Assembly (NCBI RefSeq): GCF_022045235.1
Contig: NW_027266343.1
Coordinates: 27,156,001 to 27,220,000, forward strand
DNA: 64,000 nt
Source: Haliotis cracherodii
Lineage: Eukaryota
Reading direction: 5' to 3'
Part shown: positions 52,676-64,000 of the stretch, piece by piece
Layout: each line of letters begins with the position of its first letter
How positions within the stretch are numbered: position 1 is the first letter of the stretch
Translations under genes and position numbers: made by a program
The notes under the pieces: generated by a model
Databases searched by the model: none
What the model was told of the DNA's origin: nothing
The model's input: only the letters and a program-made list of their open reading frames with translations

Positions 52676-52915
52676 GTCTTTGTTCGAGGAATATATCCGT
52701 GAGTGTCAGCAGAAATGAACACTAGCCCAGACATCTACAGCCACGCAAAGACGATATCACGTATCTTTACAGATACCTATTATTTAAAACAATATAAATA
52801 TAATATATTATGACTCGCGTACTTTCTCATCTCGTCACGTCACTTTTCTGTTTGGCCTACCTTTAGAATACAGTACCACAAACTTATCAAACACGTCACA
52901 GTAACCCACAGTAAC

Positions 52916-53357
52916 CCATCACAAGCCCCATAACAAGGCCCATCACAAGCCCCATCACAATACCCATTACAAGGCACATCACAACCCCCATCACAAGCCA
53001 CATAACAAGGCCCATCACAATCCCCATCACAAGCCCCATCACAAGGCCCATCACAAGCCCCATAACAAGGCCCATCACAATCCTGATCACAAGCCCCATC
53101 ACAATCCCCATAACAAGGCACATCACAATCCCCATCACAAGCCCCATCACAACCCCCATTACAAGCCCCATAACAAGGCACATCACAATCCCCATCACAA
53201 GCCCCATAACAAGGCCCATCACAAGCCCCATCACAAGGCCCATCACAATCCCCATAACAAGGCACATCACAATCCTGATCACAAGCCCCATCACAATCCC
53301 CATCACAAGCCCCATCACTATCCCCATAACGAGGCCTATCTCCATCGCAATCACAAG
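52916..53357. repeat. 12-bp minisatellite, unit 6, block b
   Basis: Second block, separated from block a by an extra copy of the unit's first ~230 bp. Confidence 0.95.
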
Positions 53358-55163
53358 CAGTGAGTGAGTGAGTATGGTCTTTGTTCGAGGAATATATCCG
53401 TGAGTGTCAGCAGAAATGAACACTAGCCCAGACATCTACAGCCACGCAAAGACGATATCAAGTATCTTTACAGATACCTATTATTAAAAACAATATAAAT
53501 ATAATATATTATGACTCGCGTACTTTCTCATCTCGTCACGTCACTTTTCTGTTTGGCCTACCTTTAGAATACAGTACCACAAACTTATCAAACACGTCAC
53601 AGTAACCTGTGACGTAATTCGTAGTATTTTGTTGCCAGTCACACCGTCGAAACAATGCCCTGTGGCGTCAGGGGTCATCGAGGGTGCATAAGCTAGTTTA
53701 TGAAAGCACTTTTATTTTCAATAGTTAGTTAGTTTCATGTTTTTCAGATAGGTGTCAAGTCTGATTAGTTAACTGAGGCAACTCACGTGAAAAGTATGGG
53801 GATACGAGAAGTTGGAACTAATAATTAGTAACAGCGGCCAGAAGGTTAGTAAACAGCGAATTTACTATCCTGGTAGATTTCAGGAAGATGCTGAAGATTG
53901 GTAATATCACTTATTCAATAAGTATAATGCCTTAAAAATGAAAACACTGTTATTTTTGTGTTTCTATCCTAAACGGAATGCACATTTGGTGTGTTCTATC
54001 TGAACATGTTTAGGGTCTAAACACATGAAATGAGTTATCGCCTTATAGCATATAAACGCCACCTAAACACAGCATCCCCATAATCATAAACATGTACCAT
54101 TTATTCACGTTTAAACATGTTTAGAATGTAAATATGTTAAAAAAGTGTACGTCATCAGGCTATGAGTCAAATATGAATGTGATGTATAATAATATATATA
54201 TTGAAATTAGATGTGCAAATCTGATTCACAGACACTTGCATAACATATACACCATAAGGACTTGGTAACAATATTAACAATAAAAATGTACAAGCAAACT
54301 AAGCTTATAGTGACTAGTAAAATTACAACTAGTGACGAAAACAGTCTCCGTAGAACAGGGCGTAGTGTGAGAAAAATACAAATCTAGAGGTTGCAGGTGC
54401 GAATTCCATATGAAATCTTTGAATTCATCAATGTGTTATTGCTGTATGCCAAATAGTATTTCTCTCATACAGGCAGCTGATGATGAAAGTACATCTGATT
54501 ACAACTTAACCTTTTTTAGTTAGTGACCATAGGCTACTGATCAGTAAAATCTACTAACATGTTAGTGTCTGATGGGTCAGTAACTTAGTTAGAAAACTTT
54601 ACAAACTCTTTCTGTCAGTGTTGTTGACAAGAAGCATGATCACAGCCCGCGAGTCTGTGACCTTAACCTTTACTGTTATGTTTCCATAGTTCCTGTCAAC
54701 CCAAATTGTCCTTCTACTTTGAATATGTGCAGATTGTAGATGTTAAAGTATACATACTGTAGGACACTGCATCACGACAAATAGGTATAACAGCCTGCAG
54801 CATACACATCAATATAATCTGTTGATATTTTGTAACTCCTTCAATGATCGGATTGAATAATGGTCCATCAATTAAGGGTGTATAAAACATATGACGGGTA
54901 ACAACAACACAAGGCTTAGGCCGGAGTACCCCCGGGGTACACGTAACAATCAGGGAAGTTCACACGACGCGTCACAGTCTCACATGCAGTTGAGGAAGTG
55001 ATTGCGAAATGTTATCGACAGCACATAAAATCTTTGACTTCATTAGCGTAGTGTTCTCCGATTGGTGGAAGAGTCACACCTTTGGCCCGCTTATGATAAA
55101 TAGTCTCTGTTGATCAGAGCCATCAGTTGTTTTACACATTCCTCTTCCAGTAAGTACATCAAC

Positions 55164-56249
55164 ATGTTTGGAAGAACCTTGTCTTGTTGTGTTGCCATGG
55201 TGCTTGTTTCCATGACAACGGGTCAAGGTCAACAAGGGATGTCCCCGTGTCAAAATAACTTTGTTCAAAACCTCAACACATGTGTTCAAAATAGTCAGAT
55301 GGTCTTCAATAACTTTTTATACTTGTTGACAAACGGGACAAATGGACAAGCGCCCGACAGTCCCGACGCGTTCAGACAAGATGCTTGTGGCAAGCAGGAG
55401 GCGTTGCTTCAGTGCGGTGTGGAGTTCATGAGGACATTGATCAACTCTACGATGTGTGCCCCGAGCCAAACACAACAGGATCAGAGACCCCTCATCGACA
55501 GACAGTTCCGTTCCCTCTTCGGATCTCTGGATGAGATGTGCGCACACCCATGTCGCCGAACTCTCACCGAGGATCTACGTCAGTGTTATGTTGACGCCAA
55601 CCTTGACCCCACCCTCTTCCTCTCCAACTCCACCATGGGCCGCGGTGCCATCATCGGGACCACAGCGGATCAGGCTGACATTTTCTGTAAGAACAAAGAC
55701 TCTCTCGTGACATGCATGAAACAGAAGAGAGACGACTGTCCTGAATCTCCAATGATTCTCCGCGCCATCGGCCTTGACATTGAATCTATGGACAAAGGTG
55801 TTGGAGTTCTGTGCGCTCACCCTGACGTGTACCTCAACGGCATCGACTGTTTTGCGGAACCCACAGACGCTGTTGTGTCGTGCCAGCAGACAATGAACCA
55901 GAAGACCATGGAGTTGATGATGACGGCAGAACAACAGAACCTCCAAGAGGACCAGTTCTTCAACAGATTCTGTGACGTCCGTCTGGAGCACGTCAGCTGT
56001 GATCTGGAAGCCTGGAGCAAAAAGAACCACAAGTCTTGTGCGGATGCCGTCATTGGTTTGAGAACGGAGTTGGAGTGTGGTCTTCTTCCAGACAACTGTG
56101 GTACAACTCATAAACAGACCATTGACAAGGTCTGTCACCATGAAAACTATAAGAAGGACATGAGACCTTTTAACAGTGGCACCATACTTTCAGCCACAAT
56201 GGGGACAGTGTCATGTTTGTTCTTTCATGTTCTTTCTTCATTTCACTGA
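55164..56249 (+). CDS. Copy 7: cysteine-rich signal-peptide/GPI-type protein, 361 aa
   Basis: Intact ORF, near-identical to copies 4-6 and 8. Confidence 0.92.
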   Translation: MFGRTLSCCVAMVLVSMTTGQGQQGMSPCQNNFVQNLNTCVQNSQMVFNNFLYLLTNGTNGQAPDSPDAFRQDACGKQEALLQCGVEFMRTLINSTMCAPSQTQQDQRPLIDRQFRSLFGSLDEMCAHPCRRTLTEDLRQCYVDANLDPTLFLSNSTMGRGAIIGTTADQADIFCKNKDSLVTCMKQKRDDCPESPMILRAIGLDIESMDKGVGVLCAHPDVYLNGIDCFAEPTDAVVSCQQTMNQKTMELMMTAEQQNLQEDQFFNRFCDVRLEHVSCDLEAWSKKNHKSCADAVIGLRTELECGLLPDNCGTTHKQTIDKVCHHENYKKDMRPFNSGTILSATMGTVSCLFFHVLSSFH

Positions 56250-57976
56250 GTGTAGAACATTGTTAAATAATGTCATGGTTCATAGTTTGTGATCACTTAC
56301 AGATCTGTTCGTGTGTATATTCATATATAAGTTTTTTGTATCTGAATAAAACCCTACTTTTTACACTTTGTTCTTTATACTTGAAATACATTAATAGAGC
56401 GTATATATTGTTTAACAATCCTTATGGGCTGTTCAGAACACCTGGTGAGGTGAGGTTCGTAAGAGACTGTATTCTTGAAATGACCCGTACACTGACGGAT
56501 ACTTCCACATTCCCGGGGGAACCCTAGCACGAATACAGAAGCGTTGTCGCTGATCATTTAGACCCTTTAATTTTAAGGATGAAGACCATTTCTGGAGTCC
56601 CCCGCCGTGATATTGCTGGAATATTGCTAAAAGCGTCGGAAAACCATACTCACTCAAATTTAAGTTTGAACTCAGCGGTTTAGAATACATCCAAAAATGT
56701 CAGAGAGCTTGACTGCATGATCGTTTACGAATATCCTCACTGCGACCCATCCCAGTGAATAAATCGAAGAAATGAACATCCAAACTATCGTAGTATCGAC
56801 TCGATCCCTGTCTGGGCTGACAGTGAAAGTCTACAGCAATCCATGCATTTACTTTAATATCAATTTGACATACCTTTATAATCACCTTTCAATGATCGGC
56901 CAATTGAACAATGATGATTGACACATGTAACCGCCACAGATTCTTCGGAAATCTCTTCCTTCACGATTATCATGTCTGCCATTTTGACGACTTGTACGTG
57001 ATGTAAATGTATTACGACGCGCTATCATTGCGACTGATTTACTGAGGTAGTTCCTAACATACTTTTTTCATCTAATGGTGTTATAATTTGAATTTATTAC
57101 CTACGAGAGGTCATAAAAGGATTGACTGTGTATTTTTACGGGTTTTCCGGGTAGCGAATTCTTACAAAAAATTCTAGTCCGCTTCGGTGGGCGTGGCTTA
57201 ATATTTTACATTCATTGGGAAATGAATAACACGTGACCAATTCAGCTGATCAGAATGAAGGCATTTCAATGAACACAACAAAAATTTAATTCTAAAACGT
57301 CACAAGACAACAGTGTAGTGTTTCCGTTATCCGGGCGGCATTGTTGACGTCATTCGAATCTTATCGTGACGTGACGTCACACTAGAAACGAAGTCATAGC
57401 TGTTGACGTCATTCGACAAATTGTGGTTCCGCCGCTGTTGCGACTTGCTCTCCTTATAAGTAAACACTAAAATGCGTTTCTGTATGTAGACATAATCTTC
57501 GGTAATAATTAGAACATTATATTCGTGTTCATGTCATACTATGTTTACGACACTCGGGTCTAAATTCCGGAATTTAGACACTCGTGTCGTACGCATAGTA
57601 TGTCGTGAACACGAATATAATATACTCTATATATATTTGTAGTGAACAAACTATGTAAAAATGTAACAAACAGATATAAAGCAAGTTGGGCATACATACG
57701 TCTCCTCTCTTTTTGAGGAACTATTTTATTCCACAATACAGCTGGTTGTTGTTTGGCTGTCAGTGTAAACATGAAGTCACAGGAACCACTTTAAATACAG
57801 TTGTGTATAGATCTAGCACTACACCCTTCGATGTAAAAAATAGTGATATAAAAAATGACAAGAATCGACTTTCAGTAACGTTTACCATATGCATGTATAG
57901 GTACTTTTGCCCTGCAGTTTGATTTGATCACACGCAATATATTTACACCAGGAGCATTCACGAACTTGGCAAACTA

Positions 57977-58883
57977 TACTCAACAACAAAAGTTCCTGTG
58001 ACACCAATATTTTAGTGTATTTTTCAAACAAGTAAAGTTCGGTTTTCAATATTGTAGTACATGTATGGAATCAAGTCACACAAACGCAACTGCTACAGAA
58101 AAGCATGCATTCCATGCAAAAGTTGACTTTTATGCAAGCCCCATGCATTTCACTACCCAAGAATGGGTATAAAAACATGTGCGTTAACAGGAATCCATAT
58201 GCATTGTTTAGCATCGCAGGATCGAGCCAACGTGATGTTGCAAGACAATTTAACGTCCACAGAATCACCATTTGGTGTTTATGGCAACGTTGGCAACAGA
58301 CGAATGCAGTCAGAGACCATCCTCGGAGTGGCAGGCCAAGCGTAACCAATATTCGATAAGACAACTGGATTCGAACAACACACCTACGAAATCGATTCTG
58401 CCAGCAACAGTTACTGCAAGAAGCACCCCTGGCCTTCGACGAATATCTGCACAAACCGTACGTCTTCGCCTCAGATGTGCAGGGATTGTCGCCAGAAGAC
58501 CCGCCTGACGTCCCATTTTGACAGGAAACCACCGTTAAGCAGCACGTCTACTCTGGTGCAGACAGCTTCTACGCTGAACGGCCATGCAGTGGGGACAAGT
58601 TCTATTCACTGACGAGTCTCGTTTTCACCTCAGCCACAGCGATGGACGAAATCGAGTGTACCGAAGTCGAGGTGAACGTTACGTCAATGGTTGTGTCATG
58701 GAAGAAGATCCGTTCGGGGGCGGCAGCGTTATGGTATGGGGTGGGATTACAGCAAAACAGAGGACCCGTTTGATAGTGGTAGAGGGAAATCTCAATGAAC
58801 AGCGCTACCGCGACGAGATCATCGGCACTGTTTTTCTACCGTTTTTGCGTCGTCATGGCGCAGGCATTACCTTTCAACATGAC
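57977..58883 (+). mobile_element. 3'-truncated Tc1-like relic, unit 7
   Basis: Same element as in unit 6; VLFTDESRF motif intact. Confidence 0.88.
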
Positions 58884-59130
58884 ATATTTACTGTTTTGGT
58901 TGCACTAGTATTTCTGTCAAATGCTCACATTGAGTGAGTGAGTGGGTGAGTGAGTGGGAGAGTGAGTGTTGAACTGTATTTCAGTTATATGACTACATTT
59001 AAGCTTAATACAATGCAGCTACCAGGCATATATAATTCCCATTAGCAAGAAAGTGGTGCTAATGATAATTCTGTCCAGTCAAAACATAACAGCTGATTCG
59101 TTCACTAATCAATGCCTGTTTTGTACTCAA

Positions 59131-60636
59131 CCATCACAATCTCCATCACAAGCCCCACCACAATCCGCAACTCAATTCCCATCACAATCCTCATCACAAG
59201 GCCAATCATAATCCCCATCACAATCTCTCATAACAAGCCCCATCACAATCCCCATATCAAGGCCCATCACAAGCCCCATCATAATCCCCATCATAATCCC
59301 TATCACAATCTCTCATCAAAATCCCCATAACAAGGCCTATCACAAGCCCTATCACAATCCCCATAACAATCCCTATAACAAGGCCTATCACAAGCCCCAT
59401 CATAATCCCCATCATAATCCCAATCACAATCTCTCATCAAAATCCCCATAACAAGGCCTATCACAAGCCCCATCATAATCCCCATCATAATCCCCATCAC
59501 AAGCCCCACCACAATCCGTAACTCAATTCCAATCACAATCCTCATCACAAGGCCCATCTCAATCCCCATCACAATCTCCATCACAATCCCCGTAACAAGG
59601 CCCATCACAATCCCCATAACAAGGCCCATCACAATCTTCCATCACAAGCCCCATCACAATCCCAATAACAAGGCCCATCACAAGCCCCATCACAATCTCC
59701 ATCACAATCCCCATAACAAGGCCCATCATAATCCCCATAACAAGGCCCATCACAATCTCCCATCACAAGTCCCATTACAATCCCAATAACAAGGCCCATC
59801 ACAATCACCATCACAAGGCCATCACAATCCCTATCACAAGCCCCATCACAAGCCCCATCACAATCTCCCATCACAAGCTCCATCAAAATCCCCATTACAA
59901 GGCCCATCACAATCCCCATCACAAGCCCCATCAAAAGGCCCATAACAAGGCCCATCACAATCTCCATCACAAGCCCCATTACAAGGCACATCACAATCCC
60001 CATGACAAGGCACATCACAAGCCCCATCACAAGCCCCATCACAACCCCCATCACAAGCCCCATCACAAGGCACATCACAATCCCCATCACAAGCCCCATC
60101 ACAAGGCCCATCACAAGCCCCATCACAATCCCCATCACAAGCCCCATCACAATCCCAATAACAAGGCCCATCACAATCACCATCACAAGGCCCCATCACA
60201 ATCCCCATCACAAGCCCCATCACAATCTCCCATCACAAGCTCCATCACAATCCCCATAACAAGGCCCATCACGATCCCCATTACAATCCCCATCACAAGC
60301 CCCATCACAATCCCCATCACAAGCCCCATCACAAGCTCCATCACAATCTCCCATCACAAGCTCCATCACAATCCCCATAACAAGGCCCATCACGATCCCC
60401 ATCACAATCCCCATCACAATCCCCATCACAAGCCCCATCACAAGCCCGATAACAAGGCACATCACAATCCCCACCACAAGCCCCATCACAAGGCCCATAA
60501 CAAGCCCCATAACAAGGCACATCACAATCCCCATCACAAGCCCCATAACGAGGCCCATCACAAGCCCCATCACATTCCCCATCACAAGCCCCATCACTAT
60601 CCCCATAACGAGGCCTATCTCAATCGCAATCACAAG
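59131..60636. repeat. 12-bp minisatellite, unit 7
   Basis: Same array, about 1.5 kb. Confidence 0.97.
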
Positions 60637-62442
60637 CAGTGAGTGAGTGAGTATGGTCTTTGTTCGAGGAATATATCCGTGAGTGTCAGCAGAAATGAAC
60701 ACTAGCCTATACATCTACAGCCACGCAAAGACGATATCAAGTATCTTTACAGATACCTATTATTTAAAACAATATAAATATACTATATTATGACTCGCGT
60801 ACTTTCTCATCTCGTCACGTCACTTTTCTGTTTGGTCTACCTTTAGAATACAGTACTACAAACTTTTCAAACACGTCACAGTAACCTGTGACGTAATTCG
60901 TAGTATTTTGTTGCCAGTCACACCGTCGAAACAATGCCCTGTGGCGTCAGGGGTCATCGAGGGTGCATAAGCTAGTTTATGAAAGCACTTTTATTTTCAA
61001 TAGTTAGTTGGTTTCATGTTTTTCAGATAGGTGTCAAGTCTGATTAGTTAACTGAGGCAACTCACGTGAAAAGTATGGGGATACGAGAAGTTGGAACTAA
61101 TAATTAGTAACAGCGGCCAGAAGGTTAGTAAACAGCGAATTTACTATCCTGGTAGATTTCAGGAAGATGCTGAAGATTGGTAATATCACTTATTCAATAA
61201 GTATAATACCTTAAAAATGAAAACACTGTTATTTTTGTGTTTCTATCCTAAACGGAATGCACATTTGGTGTGTTCTATCTGAACATGTTTAGGGTCTAAA
61301 CACATGAAATGAGTTATCGCCTTATAGCATATAAACGCCACCTAAACACAGCATCCCCATAATCATAAACATGTACCATTTATTCACGCTTAAACATGTT
61401 TAGAATGTAAATATGTTAAAAAAGTGTACGTCATCAGGCTATGAGTCAAATATGAATGTGATGTATAATAATATATATATTGAAATTAGATGTGCAAATC
61501 TGATTCACAGACACTTGCATAACATATACACCATAAGGACTTGGTAACAATATTAACAATAAAAATGTACAAGCAAACTAAGCTTATAGTGACTAGTAAA
61601 ATTACAACTAGTGACGAAAACAGTCTCCGTAGAACAGGGCGTAGTGTGAGAAAAATACAAATCTAGAGGTTGCAGGTGCGAATTCCATCTGAAATCTTTG
61701 AATTCATCAATGTGTTATTGCTGTATGCCAAATAGTATTTCTCTCATACAGGCAGCTGATGATGAAAGTACATCTGATTACAACTTAACCTTTTTTAGTT
61801 AGTGACCATAGGCTACTGATCAGTAAAATCTACTAACATGTTAGTGTCTGATGGGTCAGTAACTTAGTTAGAAAACTTTACAAACTCTTTCTGTCAGTGT
61901 TGTTGACAAGAAGCATGATCACAGCCCGCGAGTCTGTGACCTTAACCTTTACTGTTATGTTTCCATAGTTCCTGTCAACCCAAATTGTCCTTCTACTTTG
62001 AATATGTGCAGATTGTAGATGTTAAAGTATACATACTGTAGGAAACTGCATCACGACAAATAGGTATAACAGCCTGCAGCATACACATCAATATAATCTG
62101 TTGATATTTGGTAACTCCTTCAATGATCGGATTGTATAATGGTCCATCAATTAAGGGTGTTTAAAACATATGACGGGTAACAACAACACAAGGCTTAGGC
62201 CGGAGTACCCCCGGGGTACACGTAACAATCAGGGAAGTTCACACGACGCGTCACAGTCTCACATGCAGTTGAGGAAGTGATTGCGAAATGTTATCGACAG
62301 CACATAAAATCTTTGACTTCATTAGCGTAGTGTTCTCCGATTGGTGGAAGAGTCACACCTTTGGCCCGCTTATGATAAATAGTCTCTGTTGATCAGAGCC
62401 ATCAGTTGTTTTACACATTCCTCTTCCAGTAAGTACATCAAC

Positions 62443-63528
62443 ATGTTTGGAAGAACCTTGTCTTGTTGTGTTGCCATGGTGCTTGTTTCCATGACAACGG
62501 GTCAAGGTCAACAAGGGATGTCCCCGTGTCAAAATAACTTTGTTCAAAACCTCAACACATGTGTTCAAAATAGTCAGATGGACTTTAATAACTTTTTATA
62601 CTTGTTGACAAACGGGACAAATGGACAAGCGCCCGACAGTCCCGACGCGTTCAGACAAGATGCTTGTGGCAAGCAGGAGGCGTTGCTTCAGTGCGGTGTG
62701 GAGTTCATGAGGACATTGATCAACTCTACGATGTGTGCCCCGAGCCAAACACAACAGGATCAGAGACCCCTCATCGACAGACAGTTCCGTTCCCTCTTCG
62801 GATCTCTGGATGAGATGTGCGCACACCCATGTCGCCGAACTCTCACCGAGGATCTACGTCAGTGTTATGTTGACGCCAACCTTGACCCCACCCTCTTCCT
62901 CTCCAACTCCACCATGGGCCGCGGTGCCATCATCGGGACCACAGCGGATCAGGCTGACATTTTCTGTAAGAACAAAGACTCTCTCGTGACATGCATGAAA
63001 CAGAAGAGAGACGACTGTCCTGAATCTCCAATGATTCTCCGCGCCATCGGCCTTGACATTGAATCTATGGACAAAGGTGTTGGAGTACTGTGCGCTCACC
63101 CTGACGTGTACCTCAACGGCATCGACTGTTTTGCGGAACCCACAGACGCTGTTGTGTCGTGCCAGCAGACAATGAACCAGAAGACCATGGAGTTGATGAT
63201 GACGGCAGAACAACAGAACCTCCAAGAGGATCAGTTCTTCAACAGATTCTGTGACGTCCGTCTGGAGCACGTCAGCTGTGATCTGGAAGCCTGGAGCAAA
63301 AAGAACCACAAGTCTTGTGCGGATGCCGTCATTGGTTTGAGGACGGAGTTGGAGTGTGGTCTTCTTCCAGACAACTGTGGTACAACTCATAAACAGACCA
63401 TTGACAAGGTCTGTCACCATGAAAACTATAAGAAGGACATGAGACCTTTTAACAGTGGCACCATACTTTCAGCCACAATGGGGACAGTGTCATGTTTGTT
63501 CTTTCATGTTCTTTCTTCATTTCACTGA
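62443..63528 (+). CDS. Copy 8: cysteine-rich signal-peptide/GPI-type protein, 361 aa
   Basis: Intact ORF; differs from copy 7 at QMDF versus QMVF. Confidence 0.92.
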   Translation: MFGRTLSCCVAMVLVSMTTGQGQQGMSPCQNNFVQNLNTCVQNSQMDFNNFLYLLTNGTNGQAPDSPDAFRQDACGKQEALLQCGVEFMRTLINSTMCAPSQTQQDQRPLIDRQFRSLFGSLDEMCAHPCRRTLTEDLRQCYVDANLDPTLFLSNSTMGRGAIIGTTADQADIFCKNKDSLVTCMKQKRDDCPESPMILRAIGLDIESMDKGVGVLCAHPDVYLNGIDCFAEPTDAVVSCQQTMNQKTMELMMTAEQQNLQEDQFFNRFCDVRLEHVSCDLEAWSKKNHKSCADAVIGLRTELECGLLPDNCGTTHKQTIDKVCHHENYKKDMRPFNSGTILSATMGTVSCLFFHVLSSFH

Positions 63529-64000
63529 GTGTAGAACATTGTTAAATAATGTCATGGTTCATAGTTTGTGATCACTTACAGATCTGTTCGTGTGTATATT
63601 CATATATAAGTTTTTTGTATCTGAATAAAACCCTACTTTTTACACTTTGTTCTTAATACTTGAAATACATTAATAGAGCGTATATATTGTTTAACAATCC
63701 TTATGGGCTGTTCAGAACACCTGGTGAGGTGAGGTTTGTAAGAGACTGTATTCTTGAAATGACCCGTACACTGACGGATACTTCCACATTCCCGGGGGAA
63801 CCCTAGCACGAATACAGAAGCGTTGTCGCTGATCATTTAGACCCTTTAATTTTAAGGATGAAGCCCATTTCTGGTGTCCCCCGCCGTGATATTGCTGGAA
63901 TATTGCTAAAAGCGGCGGAAAACCATACTCACTGAAATTTAAGTTTGAACTCAGCGGTTTAGAATACATCCAAAAATGTCAGAGAGCTTGACTGCATGAT

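Larger units (their letters stand above)
32508..64000 (+). repeat. Head-to-tail segmental amplification: units start at about 32508, 40139, 45749, 53380 and 60659; last unit incomplete
   Basis: The sequence TTTGTTCGAGGAATATATCCGTGAGTGTCAGC and the following kilobases recur at each start. ATG-to-ATG spacings are 6348, 5654, 7606 and 7279 bp. Confidence 0.95.

Noticed and set aside
38552-60714. MGIV/MGLV, DGDC and PITI repeat ORFs
   Set aside because: Translations of the 12-bp minisatellite, interrupted by 11- and 13-bp units at different places in each copy.

Overview
Eukaryotic, repeat-rich, AT-rich genomic DNA. The SINE types suggest a marine gastropod such as an abalone, but this is inference. 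The main feature is a cluster of eight intact, intronless paralogous genes plus one truncated pseudogene. Each gene encodes an uncharacterised ~360-aa protein with a signal peptide, 20 cysteines in three internally repeated C-x10-C-x29/34-C-x8-C modules, and a hydrophobic GPI-type C-terminus. Copies 1-3 (15.2 kb +, 25.3 kb -, 28.0 kb +) have diverged ends around a near-identical centre, which points to gene conversion. Copies 4-8 sit in a recent head-to-tail amplification of a 5.6-7.6 kb unit that runs off the window end. Each complete unit carries the gene and its promoter, a ~106-bp palindrome, a Tc1 relic deleted to different extents, and a variable-length 12-bp minisatellite with a G-rich strand; the unit junction is at a SINE tail. 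The rest of the window holds three or four tRNA-SINE families, decayed LINEs, a full-length dead Tc1 element with TIRs, a 33-bp minisatellite and palindromic elements. No other host gene is supported.
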